From a virus (Duplodnaviria > Caudoviricetes), in the IMG/VR virus record IMGVR_UViG_3300014202_000602, positions 1 to 38,931 of that record: a DNA stretch of 38,931 bases. One strand, given 5' to 3'. Made by a program: the position numbers and the translations under genes. A model generated the notes under the pieces. It saw nothing but the letters and a program-made list of their open reading frames with translations. It was not told the origin of the DNA and ran no database searches. How positions within the stretch are numbered: position 1 is the first letter of the stretch; each line of letters begins with the position of its first letter. Below are positions 1 through 8,420 of this stretch, piece by piece.

Positions 1-1005
1 AAAGACGGCGACCACGTGGATTGTTTCATGCGTCCTGCCACTCCGATCGACTGGCGTGGGGACGCCTATGTCATAAACCAGCTCGATGCGTCTGGAGTGT
101 TCGATGAGCACAAGGTGATGCTTGGATATGACGACCAACGCAGCGCAGAGAAGGCGTACTTGGCCCACTATCCGCGAGGGTGGAGACTCGGCCCTGTTGC
201 CGTCATGTCGCTCTCACGGCTGCGGGAATGGCTTGCGGGCGATACTCTGGAGCCTGTGCTCAAGGGTGATCTGCCGGGACATGAGTTCCGTGGAAATCAG
301 CACACCGGTGGCATAGACGCCACGCAGTGGGAAGACTACGGGGACTCCCCACCCACTGACGGCGAACGGGGAGTGGCGATTGTAGCGAATGACGTTGCAA
401 AGGAGCTTGGATTCCCACCAGAACATATTCACTTTTCCAGCGTTGTCAAGACTTTTGACGTTGGAGGCACGACCTACACGCAAGCAGGTCTAGCGTATCT
501 TGAAACTGGCCAGGTGTGGATCTTCAACAAAGCGGTGGAGGGTGTAGCCGAAGCAGAGCGAATAACAGCGCACGAAATTGGCCATATTCAGTATGAAACG
601 GTGACGAAGTCGCTCAACGCAGAACGTACAGCTGTTATCAACGACCCCACCTCATACGGCAACATGCGCGGAGACGGCACGTTGAAGGAAGGCTCTGTCA
701 CGGCTTCGAAGTATCCTGTCTATAACAGTCTCGCAGCGGTTGTAGAACGACCTGACGCCTACAATCAGCTGCGGAAGGATGACGGTGTCACGCAGTACAG
801 CCGTTCATGGTGGAAGGCGTATGAGGAAGGGACAGCAACTATCCACCAAGCCATGCACGAGACCTATGCGGAAATCAACGCGCTGGCGTATGCGCACAAA
901 GCGGGTCGAGCTGGAACATTGGCTTCGCAGGGTGTGAAATCTTCGTGGTCCAAGTTGTACAGAGCCTATCAGAAAGAATCGAAGAGGTTGAGTCGTGGAC
1001 GTTAG
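1..1005 (+). CDS. Head-associated polyvalent-type protein, 5' partial: inorganic pyrophosphatase-like domain plus zincin metallopeptidase domain
   Basis: The frame is open from base 1 (KDGDHVDCF...). DGDHVD...VINQ...FDEHKVMLGY...AYLAHY resembles the phage InPase domain. The C-terminal half has HEIGH (HExxH) and a downstream HETYAE. A KGDLPGHEFRGNQHTGG linker separates the two domains. Confidence 0.7.
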   Translation, partial: KDGDHVDCFMRPATPIDWRGDAYVINQLDASGVFDEHKVMLGYDDQRSAEKAYLAHYPRGWRLGPVAVMSLSRLREWLAGDTLEPVLKGDLPGHEFRGNQHTGGIDATQWEDYGDSPPTDGERGVAIVANDVAKELGFPPEHIHFSSVVKTFDVGGTTYTQAGLAYLETGQVWIFNKAVEGVAEAERITAHEIGHIQYETVTKSLNAERTAVINDPTSYGNMRGDGTLKEGSVTASKYPVYNSLAAVVERPDAYNQLRKDDGVTQYSRSWWKAYEEGTATIHQAMHETYAEINALAYAHKAGRAGTLASQGVKSSWSKLYRAYQKESKRLSRGR

Positions 1006-2041
1006 ACGAATGCTTGTTGAAGGTCGATCAGCGGTTGTCGCGGACATGCCGGGAGGAGCAATCAAGATTTTGTTCGACGACGGAGAAATGCGTATCGGCG
1101 TGTCAGTTGTGCAGAAGGTCTCCTTGTCCTCCTTGGGCAAGAAGGAGTGGAACGAGGAGGATCACCCACGGGACGACCTTGGGCGATTCGGCGAGGGCAC
1201 AGGCGGATACACCAACAAGGATGGGCAATGGTATCAGAACGGCAAGCCGGTTTCTGCGGAAATACAGCAGCGAATGAAGGACTTGGCGGTTCCGCCAGGA
1301 TGGAGTAGAGTATCGCTCAACCCTGACACGGAAGCGGTACTCCTTGCCACGGGAAAGGACAGCAAAGGCAGGACGGTCTACATTCGCAGCGCGGAGACGG
1401 ATGCAGAATCAGCAGCAGAGAAGTTTGCCAGGCTTCAAGAATTCAACGGGGTCCAAGCGACGATACGGGAGACGGCGTTGAGGGACATGCAGGACACTTC
1501 TTTAGGCGCCAAGGAGCGGGACGCAGCCGCAGCCCTCGCGCTGATATCTGTTACAGGGTTCAGGCCTGGGTCTATGAAGGACACAGGGGCGAAGGTGCAA
1601 GCTTACGGCGCATCCACCCTGCTGTCGTCCCAAGTGAAGATCTCAGGCTCGCGCCTGTCGTTCACATTCACCGGCAAGAAAGGCGTGAGCATCACCCACG
1701 AGACAGAGCACGCAGCGCTCGCCAAATACATTTCTGGGCGGATCAAGGAGAATGGCGAAGGTCGTGTATTCCCTCTCAAGGACGCAGCAGTCCGGGACTA
1801 CTTCCACCGCGTCGGCGGCGAAGGATTCAAGGTCAAGGACTATCGCACGTGGCACGGCACAACGCAGGCTCTGAAGGCAATCGCCAACATGCCGACTCCC
1901 ACCACCCCGCAGGAATACAAGCACGCTCGCGCCGCCGTCGGGGACACGGTATCCGCCTTCCTAGGCAACACACGCGGCGTGGCGCTGGAGTCCTACATCC
2001 ACCCTGCGGTATTCAGCAAATGGGAAGCAGAACTACAATGA
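995..2041 (+). CDS. DNA topoisomerase IB (bacterial/poxvirus type) with an N-terminal phage head-protein motif
   Basis: VPPGWSRV, ATGKDSKGRTVYI and the catalytic set R(GFRPG), K(TGKKG), R(KDYRTW), N(LGNT), Y(ESYIHP) are present. The N-terminus carries WNEEDHPRDDLGRF. GAAGAGG precedes the GTG start. Confidence 0.9.
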   Translation: MDVRRMLVEGRSAVVADMPGGAIKILFDDGEMRIGVSVVQKVSLSSLGKKEWNEEDHPRDDLGRFGEGTGGYTNKDGQWYQNGKPVSAEIQQRMKDLAVPPGWSRVSLNPDTEAVLLATGKDSKGRTVYIRSAETDAESAAEKFARLQEFNGVQATIRETALRDMQDTSLGAKERDAAAALALISVTGFRPGSMKDTGAKVQAYGASTLLSSQVKISGSRLSFTFTGKKGVSITHETEHAALAKYISGRIKENGEGRVFPLKDAAVRDYFHRVGGEGFKVKDYRTWHGTTQALKAIANMPTPTTPQEYKHARAAVGDTVSAFLGNTRGVALESYIHPAVFSKWEAELQ

Positions 2042-2271
2042 ACGCTCAGAAACTCATGGACGACTTCCTCGCCACTCACAAATACGACAAGACGCCAGGG
2101 AATTGGCGTGAAATGCCGTCTACAGACCCAGACAACGTCGCTGACGACGATGATCTGGCCAAGGAATGGACTCAATCCGCAAGTGCAACTTCCGGCATCA
2201 CAGACTACGGCAGCACCAAGGAGCGGCGCAAGAAGCGTCGAGTCAAACTTTTACCCACGAAGGAGAATTAG
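2038..2271 (+). CDS. Small protein (77 aa) containing a copy of the major capsid N-terminal peptide
   Basis: ATGA overlap with the topoisomerase stop; ends 2 nt before the protease start. LAKEWTQSASATSGITDY matches capsid LRKAWTQSGSAVSGITAY. Basic C-terminus. Confidence 0.7.
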   Translation: MNAQKLMDDFLATHKYDKTPGNWREMPSTDPDNVADDDDLAKEWTQSASATSGITDYGSTKERRKKRRVKLLPTKEN

Positions 2272-2273
2272 AC

Positions 2274-3455
2274 ATGAAACTGTTCGCCCAGATTCGCAAG
2301 GTCGACGAAGAACAGCGCCTCGTTTTTGGTCGCGCAGCTGACGAGACCATTGACAAGTCCAACGAGGCGCTCAACTACGCCGATTCGAAACCCCACTTTA
2401 TCAAGTGGTCTGAGGATATCAGCAAGGACACCGACGGCAAGTCGCTCGGCAATGTGCGCGCCATGCACGGCAAGGTTGCTGCCGGCAAGCTGACCGAGAT
2501 TGAGTTCGACGACACAGCCAGGACCATTGACGTTTGCGCCAAGGTCGTGGACGACGCCGAATGGAAGAAAGTCATGGAAGGCGTCTACACCGGATTCAGC
2601 ATCGGCGGCGCATACGGGGCCAAGACGGTGGAGAAGATGGACAACCGGGACATCACACGGTATGTCGCCATTCCCAGCGAGATCAGCCTCGTCGATCGGC
2701 CCTGTATTCCGACCGCCAAGTTCTTCCAGGTACAAAAGGCCGACGGCTCCACGGCGGACGTGGAATTCCAGGCGCACGAGGAAGACGAAGATCTCGGCAA
2801 GGTCGCCGACGCGACGGTGGAAGGCACGCCGGAGCAAGTTGACGAGCTGACGCAGGTCATGATTGAGAAGGGTCTGTCTCTCAGCACCGTCATCGACATG
2901 GCCAAGGGATTCGTGCCGTTCGAGGCCAAAGACGAAGAGGCTGAGGATACTGACGAAGCCAAAGATGCGAAGAAAAAGAAGGACGCAGAAGCGGCGGAGG
3001 CAGAAGCCTGCAAGGCAGCGCAGGCGGCAATGACCAAGGCGGAAGAGGCATTGGCCGAAGCCAAGACACTCGCAGAAGCCAGCGGCAACGCTGAGCTGAT
3101 TGCCAAAGCGGCGGCGATGGTCAAGGCGGAACCGGCGGCGATGAACAAGGAAGAGCCTGCGGCAGACCTGCAGAAGCTCGTTGCGGAGGCCGTCGCGCCG
3201 TTGCAGAAGGTCATTGACGAAGCAAATGCAAAGATCAAAAAGCTGGAGGATGAGCCTCGTGCACCGCGTGTTTCCTTGCGCGCTGTGAGCAAGGCTGCTG
3301 ACACCGGCGAAGACAGTTCTCTCAACCAACCGACCGAGAAGGACTTGGTCAAAGATTCGGGTGGCGCAATCCATCCCGCCGCATCACTCATCAAGCAGGC
3401 CATGCAATCCGGAGGTCAGCCGTTGCACCAATTCAATGTGCTTCCTGGCCAGTGA
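2274..3455 (+). CDS. Prohead maturation protease (XkdF-like) fused to an acidic/Ala-Lys scaffold region
   Basis: AGGAG RBS then ATG 2274. IRKVDEEQRLVFG, RAMHG, YTGFSIGG and EISLVDRP are protease motifs. The C-terminal half is coiled-coil-like and rich in E/A/K. Lies directly upstream of the capsid gene. Confidence 0.85.
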   Translation: MKLFAQIRKVDEEQRLVFGRAADETIDKSNEALNYADSKPHFIKWSEDISKDTDGKSLGNVRAMHGKVAAGKLTEIEFDDTARTIDVCAKVVDDAEWKKVMEGVYTGFSIGGAYGAKTVEKMDNRDITRYVAIPSEISLVDRPCIPTAKFFQVQKADGSTADVEFQAHEEDEDLGKVADATVEGTPEQVDELTQVMIEKGLSLSTVIDMAKGFVPFEAKDEEAEDTDEAKDAKKKKDAEAAEAEACKAAQAAMTKAEEALAEAKTLAEASGNAELIAKAAAMVKAEPAAMNKEEPAADLQKLVAEAVAPLQKVIDEANAKIKKLEDEPRAPRVSLRAVSKAADTGEDSSLNQPTEKDLVKDSGGAIHPAASLIKQAMQSGGQPLHQFNVLPGQ

Positions 3456-3504
3456 TCAACTAACCGTCAATCAACCGCAGTAACTCTCTCGAGGAGACTC
3501 CGTA

Positions 3505-5031
3505 ATGAATGCTCAAACCACCGCAGAAACCTTGGCTCTGCTGAAAGCAGCGCAAGGTTCGCCGAATGATGAGCTGCGCAAGGCATGGACCCAGTCCGGC
3601 TCTGCTGTCAGCGGCATCACGGCATACGATCTGGAAGCACCCGCAAAACAGCTGTACCCTGTCATCACGCCCCTCCGCAACGAAATCCCTCGTGTCAGCG
3701 GCAAGGGTGGCATCCAGGCCAACTGGCGTGCCGTCACCGGCATCAACACCACCGCTCGCAATTCCATCTACGCTTCCGGCGGCAACCGCTCCGGAGTGAT
3801 GACCACGACCACGGCGGATTACACTGCCAGCTACAAGGGTCTTGGCCTGGAAGACTCCGTGACGTTCGAGGCCGACTACGCAGCTGAGAACTTCCAGGAC
3901 ATCAAGGCGCTGGCGGTCGAAGGCTTGCTGCGCGCCATGATGATCGGCGAAGAGAAGCTGATTCTTGGCGGCAACTCCTCGCTGTCCCTGGGCAACGTGG
4001 CGTCGCCGACGCTGACCACGGCGAACACCGGTGGTTCCATCACCGGCAACGTCGGATGGGGTGTTGGTTGCGTGCCGCTGTCGTTCGAAGGCTATCTCAA
4101 CGCTTCGGTGTCGACCGGCGTCGTGCAGTCTTACGTGCGCACCAACGCGGATGCTTCCACCGACACCATCAACGGCGGTATCGGCCTGCCCTGCGCTCAG
4201 TCCAACATCATTGTTGGCACCGGCAACACCGGCGCAACCTGCCTCATCAACGCCTCTGTATCGCCCATCGCTGGCGCTGTTGGCTATGCGTGGTTCTGGG
4301 GTGCCAACTCCGGCAACCTGACGCTCGGTGCGATCACCACGATCAACAGCGTGGTCATCACGGCGAATGCGGCTGGCGTGGCGGTGTCTCCTGGCGTCGT
4401 GAATTACCAAGCACTGACGGCGACCAACAACAGCACCAACTCCTTGTCGTTCGACGGTCTGCTGACCTTCGCCAGCAATTCGGCGCTGAACAGCTACCAA
4501 GCGACTCAGGCGAACGGTGTGGTCGGCACTGGCACGGCGCTCACAAGCGACGGCGCTGGCGGCATCGTGGAGATCGACGCGGCTTTGAAGTCCTTCTGGG
4601 ACAACTACCGCCTGTCGCCCGACACGTTGTGGGTCAACAGCCAGGAGATGAACAACATCGGCAAGAAGATTCTTGCTGGCGCGAGCAATGGCGCTATGCG
4701 GATCAACTTCAACATGGATCAGGGAATGATTGGCGGCGGCATCATGGTCCGCACCTACCTGAACAAGTTCGGTATGGACGGCGCAACGGAACTCAAGATC
4801 CGGCTGCATCCGAACATGCCTCCTGGCACGATGCTGTTCACCACCAAGTCGCTGCCCTATCCGCTCTCGAACGTCACGAACGTGCTGCAAATGCGCATGC
4901 GTCGCGACTATTACCAGATCGAATGGCCTCTGGTGACGCGCAAGTATCAATACGGCGTGTATGAGGACGGCGTGCTGCAGAACTTCTTCCCGCCTGCGTT
5001 CGGGGTCATCACCAACATCGCGAATGGCTGA
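3505..5031 (+). CDS. Major capsid protein
   Basis: GAGGAG RBS, strong codon bias, position after the protease. YDLEAPAKQLYPVITPLRNEIPRV N-terminus and GVITNIANG C-terminus. Large S/T/N/G-rich central insertion. Confidence 0.85.
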   Translation: MNAQTTAETLALLKAAQGSPNDELRKAWTQSGSAVSGITAYDLEAPAKQLYPVITPLRNEIPRVSGKGGIQANWRAVTGINTTARNSIYASGGNRSGVMTTTTADYTASYKGLGLEDSVTFEADYAAENFQDIKALAVEGLLRAMMIGEEKLILGGNSSLSLGNVASPTLTTANTGGSITGNVGWGVGCVPLSFEGYLNASVSTGVVQSYVRTNADASTDTINGGIGLPCAQSNIIVGTGNTGATCLINASVSPIAGAVGYAWFWGANSGNLTLGAITTINSVVITANAAGVAVSPGVVNYQALTATNNSTNSLSFDGLLTFASNSALNSYQATQANGVVGTGTALTSDGAGGIVEIDAALKSFWDNYRLSPDTLWVNSQEMNNIGKKILAGASNGAMRINFNMDQGMIGGGIMVRTYLNKFGMDGATELKIRLHPNMPPGTMLFTTKSLPYPLSNVTNVLQMRMRRDYYQIEWPLVTRKYQYGVYEDGVLQNFFPPAFGVITNIANG

Positions 5032-5069
5032 TCGATAGCCAGGAGCGCCACTGAGCAGTGGCCGTGTTT

Positions 5070-5106
5070 CCTTGGCCATGCTCAGTGGGTTTGGCCAAGG
5101 TTTTTT
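5070..5106 (+). terminator. Rho-independent terminator after the capsid gene, with a competing alternative hairpin
   Basis: CCTTGGCCA (5070-5078) pairs with TGGCCAAGG (5092-5100), 13-nt loop, followed by TTTTTT (5101-5106). Confidence 0.7.
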
Positions 5107-5128
5107 CAAACTATAAAGGAACATACAC

Positions 5129-5338
5129 ATGCAAGCCACAAATCCTTTCAAGCAAGACATGGTGAAGATGCAGTTTCCTGACGGTATGGGGGCAGCAGTG
5201 TCGATTGCTGGGTTCTACCTGGAAGCCGACGAAGACAACTGCGTGACTGTCCCGAGCAAGCACGTGCAGGATCTCGAGGCGCACGGCTTGACGCGCTTTG
5301 TTGAACCTGTCAGCAAGACCATCTCGCTGAAGAAGTAA
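5129..5338 (+). CDS. Small head-region hypothetical protein
   Basis: AAGGA RBS, 69 aa, host-like codon usage, located between the capsid and connector genes. Confidence 0.7.
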   Translation: MQATNPFKQDMVKMQFPDGMGAAVSIAGFYLEADEDNCVTVPSKHVQDLEAHGLTRFVEPVSKTISLKK

Positions 5339-5341
5339 ATC

Positions 5342-6112
5342 ATGTCCTCCCTATCTACGCTTGCCGCCGTCAAAGCCTTTCTGGGCATAACCTCGAACGG
5401 GCAGGACACGCTCATCCCGCAGTTGATCACGCGGGAGTCGGCGTTGGTCGAGCAGTGGACAGGGAGGGTATTTTCTCGCGTGACAAACAGCAGCAAACGA
5501 CTGAACGGCAACGGCTCTCAGCGCATGACGCTGCCGGACACGCCGATCCTGTCGGTTTCTGCACTATCCCTTGGGGCGACTCCGGTTGCTGAATCGGCGG
5601 ACGGTATCGCGGCAGGATTCACCTTCGACGACACTACGCTGTACCTGATCGGAAGCTCCTTTCCCAATGGCAATCAGAATGTGACGTGCTCGTGGACTGC
5701 GGGATACAAGACGACAGAGACGGCATACGTCCCAGCAGGCAATGTTCCAACGCTCACCCCTACAACGGGTGGGACGGCGTTGGAAGTCGTCGCCGTGACC
5801 AACCTGACAAGCGGCAGCGCCATGACGCAGGTGGGCAGCGCTCCAGCTTCTGGGCAGTTCAGCTTCAGCGCAGGAGTATTCACATTCAACAGCGCGCAGT
5901 ACAACGATTCTGTGGAGATGGAGTATTACTACATCCCTGCCGCCGTCGAACAGGCTGTCATTGAAATGGTTGGGTTGGATCTGCAGCAGCGCACCAATCT
6001 CGGCATCAATAGTAAGTCGCTGGCGGCGGAAACCGTGACATATGAGAAGAAAGGCATCTCTGACAGCGCTGTGGAACTGCTGCGACCTTACAGGAAGATC
6101 GGGGTGTATTGA
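5342..6112 (+). CDS. Head-tail connector/adaptor (HK97 gp6-like) with inserted beta-domains
   Basis: LSTLAAVKAFLGI...D.LI..LI...S...EQWTGR N-terminus and IPAAVEQAVIE...LLRPYRK C-terminus are typical of adaptors. Confidence 0.8.
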   Translation: MSSLSTLAAVKAFLGITSNGQDTLIPQLITRESALVEQWTGRVFSRVTNSSKRLNGNGSQRMTLPDTPILSVSALSLGATPVAESADGIAAGFTFDDTTLYLIGSSFPNGNQNVTCSWTAGYKTTETAYVPAGNVPTLTPTTGGTALEVVAVTNLTSGSAMTQVGSAPASGQFSFSAGVFTFNSAQYNDSVEMEYYYIPAAVEQAVIEMVGLDLQQRTNLGINSKSLAAETVTYEKKGISDSAVELLRPYRKIGVY

Positions 6113-6621
6113 TGGAACTCATTGTCTCTGTCCGCGCTGAGAATCTTCTTGCCCGACTGTTGGGCATGCCAGACACCATGCGCAAGTCATTGCTGATTGC
6201 GATGCAGCGGCTCGCCATTGAGGTACAACGCTCTGTCAAACAGGACAAATTATCAGGACAAGTACTGAACGTGCGAACAGGCACGCTGCGCCGTTCCATC
6301 AACCAGGAAGTCACAGATCACGCAAAGGGCATCTTCGCCATCGTTGGAACAAATGTGAAGTACGCAGCAATCCACGAATATGGATTCTCCGGGGCTGTTG
6401 AGGTTAGAGGACACATGCGACGAATCCGCGCTCGCAGTCGGGTGTCTCCAAACACAGGCAAGATTGTTAAAGGGAAACTGTCCGGAGAAGCATTTGTTAG
6501 CCCACACCAACGTGTTGTCGTCATGCCTCAGCGCTCCTTCCTGCGTTCAACATTGCGGGACTACGGACCTCGTATTCGGCAGCAACTGAAGGAAGCAGCA
6601 CGCGAGGCGCTGAACAAGTGA
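6112..6621 (+). CDS. Neck/tail completion protein (HK97 gp10-like virion morphogenesis family)
   Basis: RTGTLRRSI, VGTNVKYAAIHEYG and MPQRSFLR motifs; start overlaps the upstream stop. Confidence 0.8.
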   Translation: MELIVSVRAENLLARLLGMPDTMRKSLLIAMQRLAIEVQRSVKQDKLSGQVLNVRTGTLRRSINQEVTDHAKGIFAIVGTNVKYAAIHEYGFSGAVEVRGHMRRIRARSRVSPNTGKIVKGKLSGEAFVSPHQRVVVMPQRSFLRSTLRDYGPRIRQQLKEAAREALNK

Positions 6622-7070
6622 ACAGAGAGAACATCTACGCTGCGTTGTTCGCATACTTCTCCGGTCTGACGGACGGGATGGACCCATTATTCAAGACGGC
6701 GACGCGCAAGCTGAAGGTCTGGGAGGACGTGGAGCCAGAAGACCAGCCTGCGCTCTTGCAATTGCAGAGCAGGGAGTCGTGTGAGCGTATTCGCGGCCTT
6801 CCGTCAAAATGGAACTTGTCTATTGATCTCTATCTGTACGTCCACACAGGAGCGATCAATGATCCGGACACCACGCCTTCGCAGTTGATTAATCCACTCA
6901 TTGACGCGATAGAAGCCTCGATCGTCGTTGATGATTTTGCAAACAACGCCTGCACGCTGGGCGGACTCGTGTATCACGCTTACATAGACGGCACAGTCGA
7001 GATGTTTGAAGGAAACCTCGGCGACCAAGCCTGTGTCATTATCCCTATCACTGTCGTAGTCCCATCGTAA
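6618..7070 (+). CDS. Tail terminator/completion protein
   Basis: 150 aa, NRENIYAALF...TLGGLV, directly upstream of the tail tube gene, GTGA coupling. Confidence 0.7.
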   Translation: MNRENIYAALFAYFSGLTDGMDPLFKTATRKLKVWEDVEPEDQPALLQLQSRESCERIRGLPSKWNLSIDLYLYVHTGAINDPDTTPSQLINPLIDAIEASIVVDDFANNACTLGGLVYHAYIDGTVEMFEGNLGDQACVIIPITVVVPS

Positions 7071-7082
7071 AGGAGAAGCGTC

Positions 7083-7820
7083 ATGGAATATCAATTCGGT
7101 TCGGGTGTCTTGTTTGGGCGCAATATCCCGGCATCCGGTGTGGCCACGCCGGTCAGGTTTGGCGGGTTGCAGGACGTATCTGTCGATTTTCAATTCACCA
7201 CCAAAGAGCTGTATGGTCAGTATCAGTTTCCGATTGCTCTTGGACGCGGCACTGGTAAGGTGTCCGGCAAGGCGTCGTGGGCGCAGTTCAACGCGCAAGC
7301 GTACAACGATCTGTTCTTCGGCTTCAGCTCGTTGCCGGTTGGCGAAACCAAGACGGCTGTTGCGGAAGCGCAAACCGTCACGGCGAACATCATCACCGTC
7401 ACCAACAACTCGACCTACTTGCAAGATCTCGGGGTCGTCCTGGCTTCTACCGGCGTACCGCTCACGCGAGTCTCCAGCGCTCCGATCAGCGGCAATTACT
7501 CGTGCAACGAGAGCACCGGCGTCTACACGTTCAACACCAGCCAGAATGCCACGGCCATGTTGGTGAGCTACACCTACACGGACTCGGCGAACGGCAAGAA
7601 GATCACCATCACCAACCAGTTGCTCGGCAATGCGCCGCAGTTCATCGGCGTCTTCACCAATACGTTCCAGGGCAAGCAGATCACGCTGACGTTGAACGCA
7701 TGTATGTCGAGCAAGCTGACGATGGCCACGAAGCTGTCCGACTTCACGATTCCTCAGTTTGACTTCGAGGCGTATGCGGATGCGGCAGGCACCATCGGCA
7801 CGTTGTCGATGGACGAGTAA
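7083..7820 (+). CDS. Major tail tube protein
   Basis: AAGGAG RBS, biased codons, FGGLQDVSVDF...KELYGQYQFP, followed by chaperone and tape measure genes. Confidence 0.8.
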   Translation: MEYQFGSGVLFGRNIPASGVATPVRFGGLQDVSVDFQFTTKELYGQYQFPIALGRGTGKVSGKASWAQFNAQAYNDLFFGFSSLPVGETKTAVAEAQTVTANIITVTNNSTYLQDLGVVLASTGVPLTRVSSAPISGNYSCNESTGVYTFNTSQNATAMLVSYTYTDSANGKKITITNQLLGNAPQFIGVFTNTFQGKQITLTLNACMSSKLTMATKLSDFTIPQFDFEAYADAAGTIGTLSMDE

Positions 7821-7845
7821 TCACCAACCACACGGAGCCACTGCG

Positions 7846-8214
7846 ATGCTTGATGGACAAAAATTAAAGCTCGGCGAGACCGAGTACACAGTTCCGCCTT
7901 TGAACCTGAAGGCGATGCGCAGGCTTCTTCCTGCAATCAGCAAGCTGCGGACTGTCGGCCTTCCAACCGACGAGGATCTCAGCACAATCGTCGATGTTGT
8001 ACATTCGGCGCTGCTGCGCAACTATCCTGAACTCACAAAAGACCAAGTCGAAGAAGGCATCGACATGGGCAATATGAAGGACGCGCTCAGCGTTGTGCTT
8101 GGACAGTCCGGGCTTGCTTCGGGAAACGCAGCAGCGGCGATGACGAACCTCTCGACTGGGGAAAGTTCTTCTGGGACCTCATCGCCGCTACCGGATGGAC
8201 TTACGACTATGTAG
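7846..8214 (+). CDS. Tail assembly chaperone (gpG-like)
   Basis: GGAG RBS then ATG 7846; EYTVPPL...ALLRNYPELT; contains an in-frame slippery heptamer G GGA AAC at 8121-8127. Confidence 0.8.
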   Translation: MLDGQKLKLGETEYTVPPLNLKAMRRLLPAISKLRTVGLPTDEDLSTIVDVVHSALLRNYPELTKDQVEEGIDMGNMKDALSVVLGQSGLASGNAAAAMTNLSTGESSSGTSSPLPDGLTTM

Positions 8215-8420
8215 AGAATGAGATGACCTTGCCTCGTGCCTACGATTTGATGGAAGCGTGGGGCAAGTCTCCTCCAACACACTGGATGATTGCTTCGTAT
8301 CTCGGCCTTGCTGGAAAGACGCCAAAGAAGACAGAACAGAAGTCGGAACAAGATTGGGAAGCTCTAGCCTCAGCAATGGGAACCACGATTACAAGGAAAA
8401 CAAGCGATGGCCCAGAATGA
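8121..8420 (+). CDS. -1 frameshift extension of the tail chaperone (gpGT-like)
   Basis: The -1 frame is open from the slippery site to the stop at 8420 and reads ...DEPLDWGKFFWDLIAATGWTYDYVENEMTLPR..., ending over the tape measure start. Confidence 0.8.
   Translation, partial: GKRSSGDDEPLDWGKFFWDLIAATGWTYDYVENEMTLPRAYDLMEAWGKSPPTHWMIASYLGLAGKTPKKTEQKSEQDWEALASAMGTTITRKTSDGPE

Noticed and set aside
3505-5031. Capsid sequon count as stand-alone proof of glycosylation
   Set aside because: Nine sequons among roughly 43 Asn is about what the high Ser/Thr content predicts, so it is only supporting context.
3460-5160. 566-aa ORF antisense to the capsid gene, and similar long antisense ORFs at 2268-3374 and 2585-3403
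   Set aside because: Shadow ORFs caused by GC-biased codon usage of highly expressed genes; no RBS or recognisable motifs.
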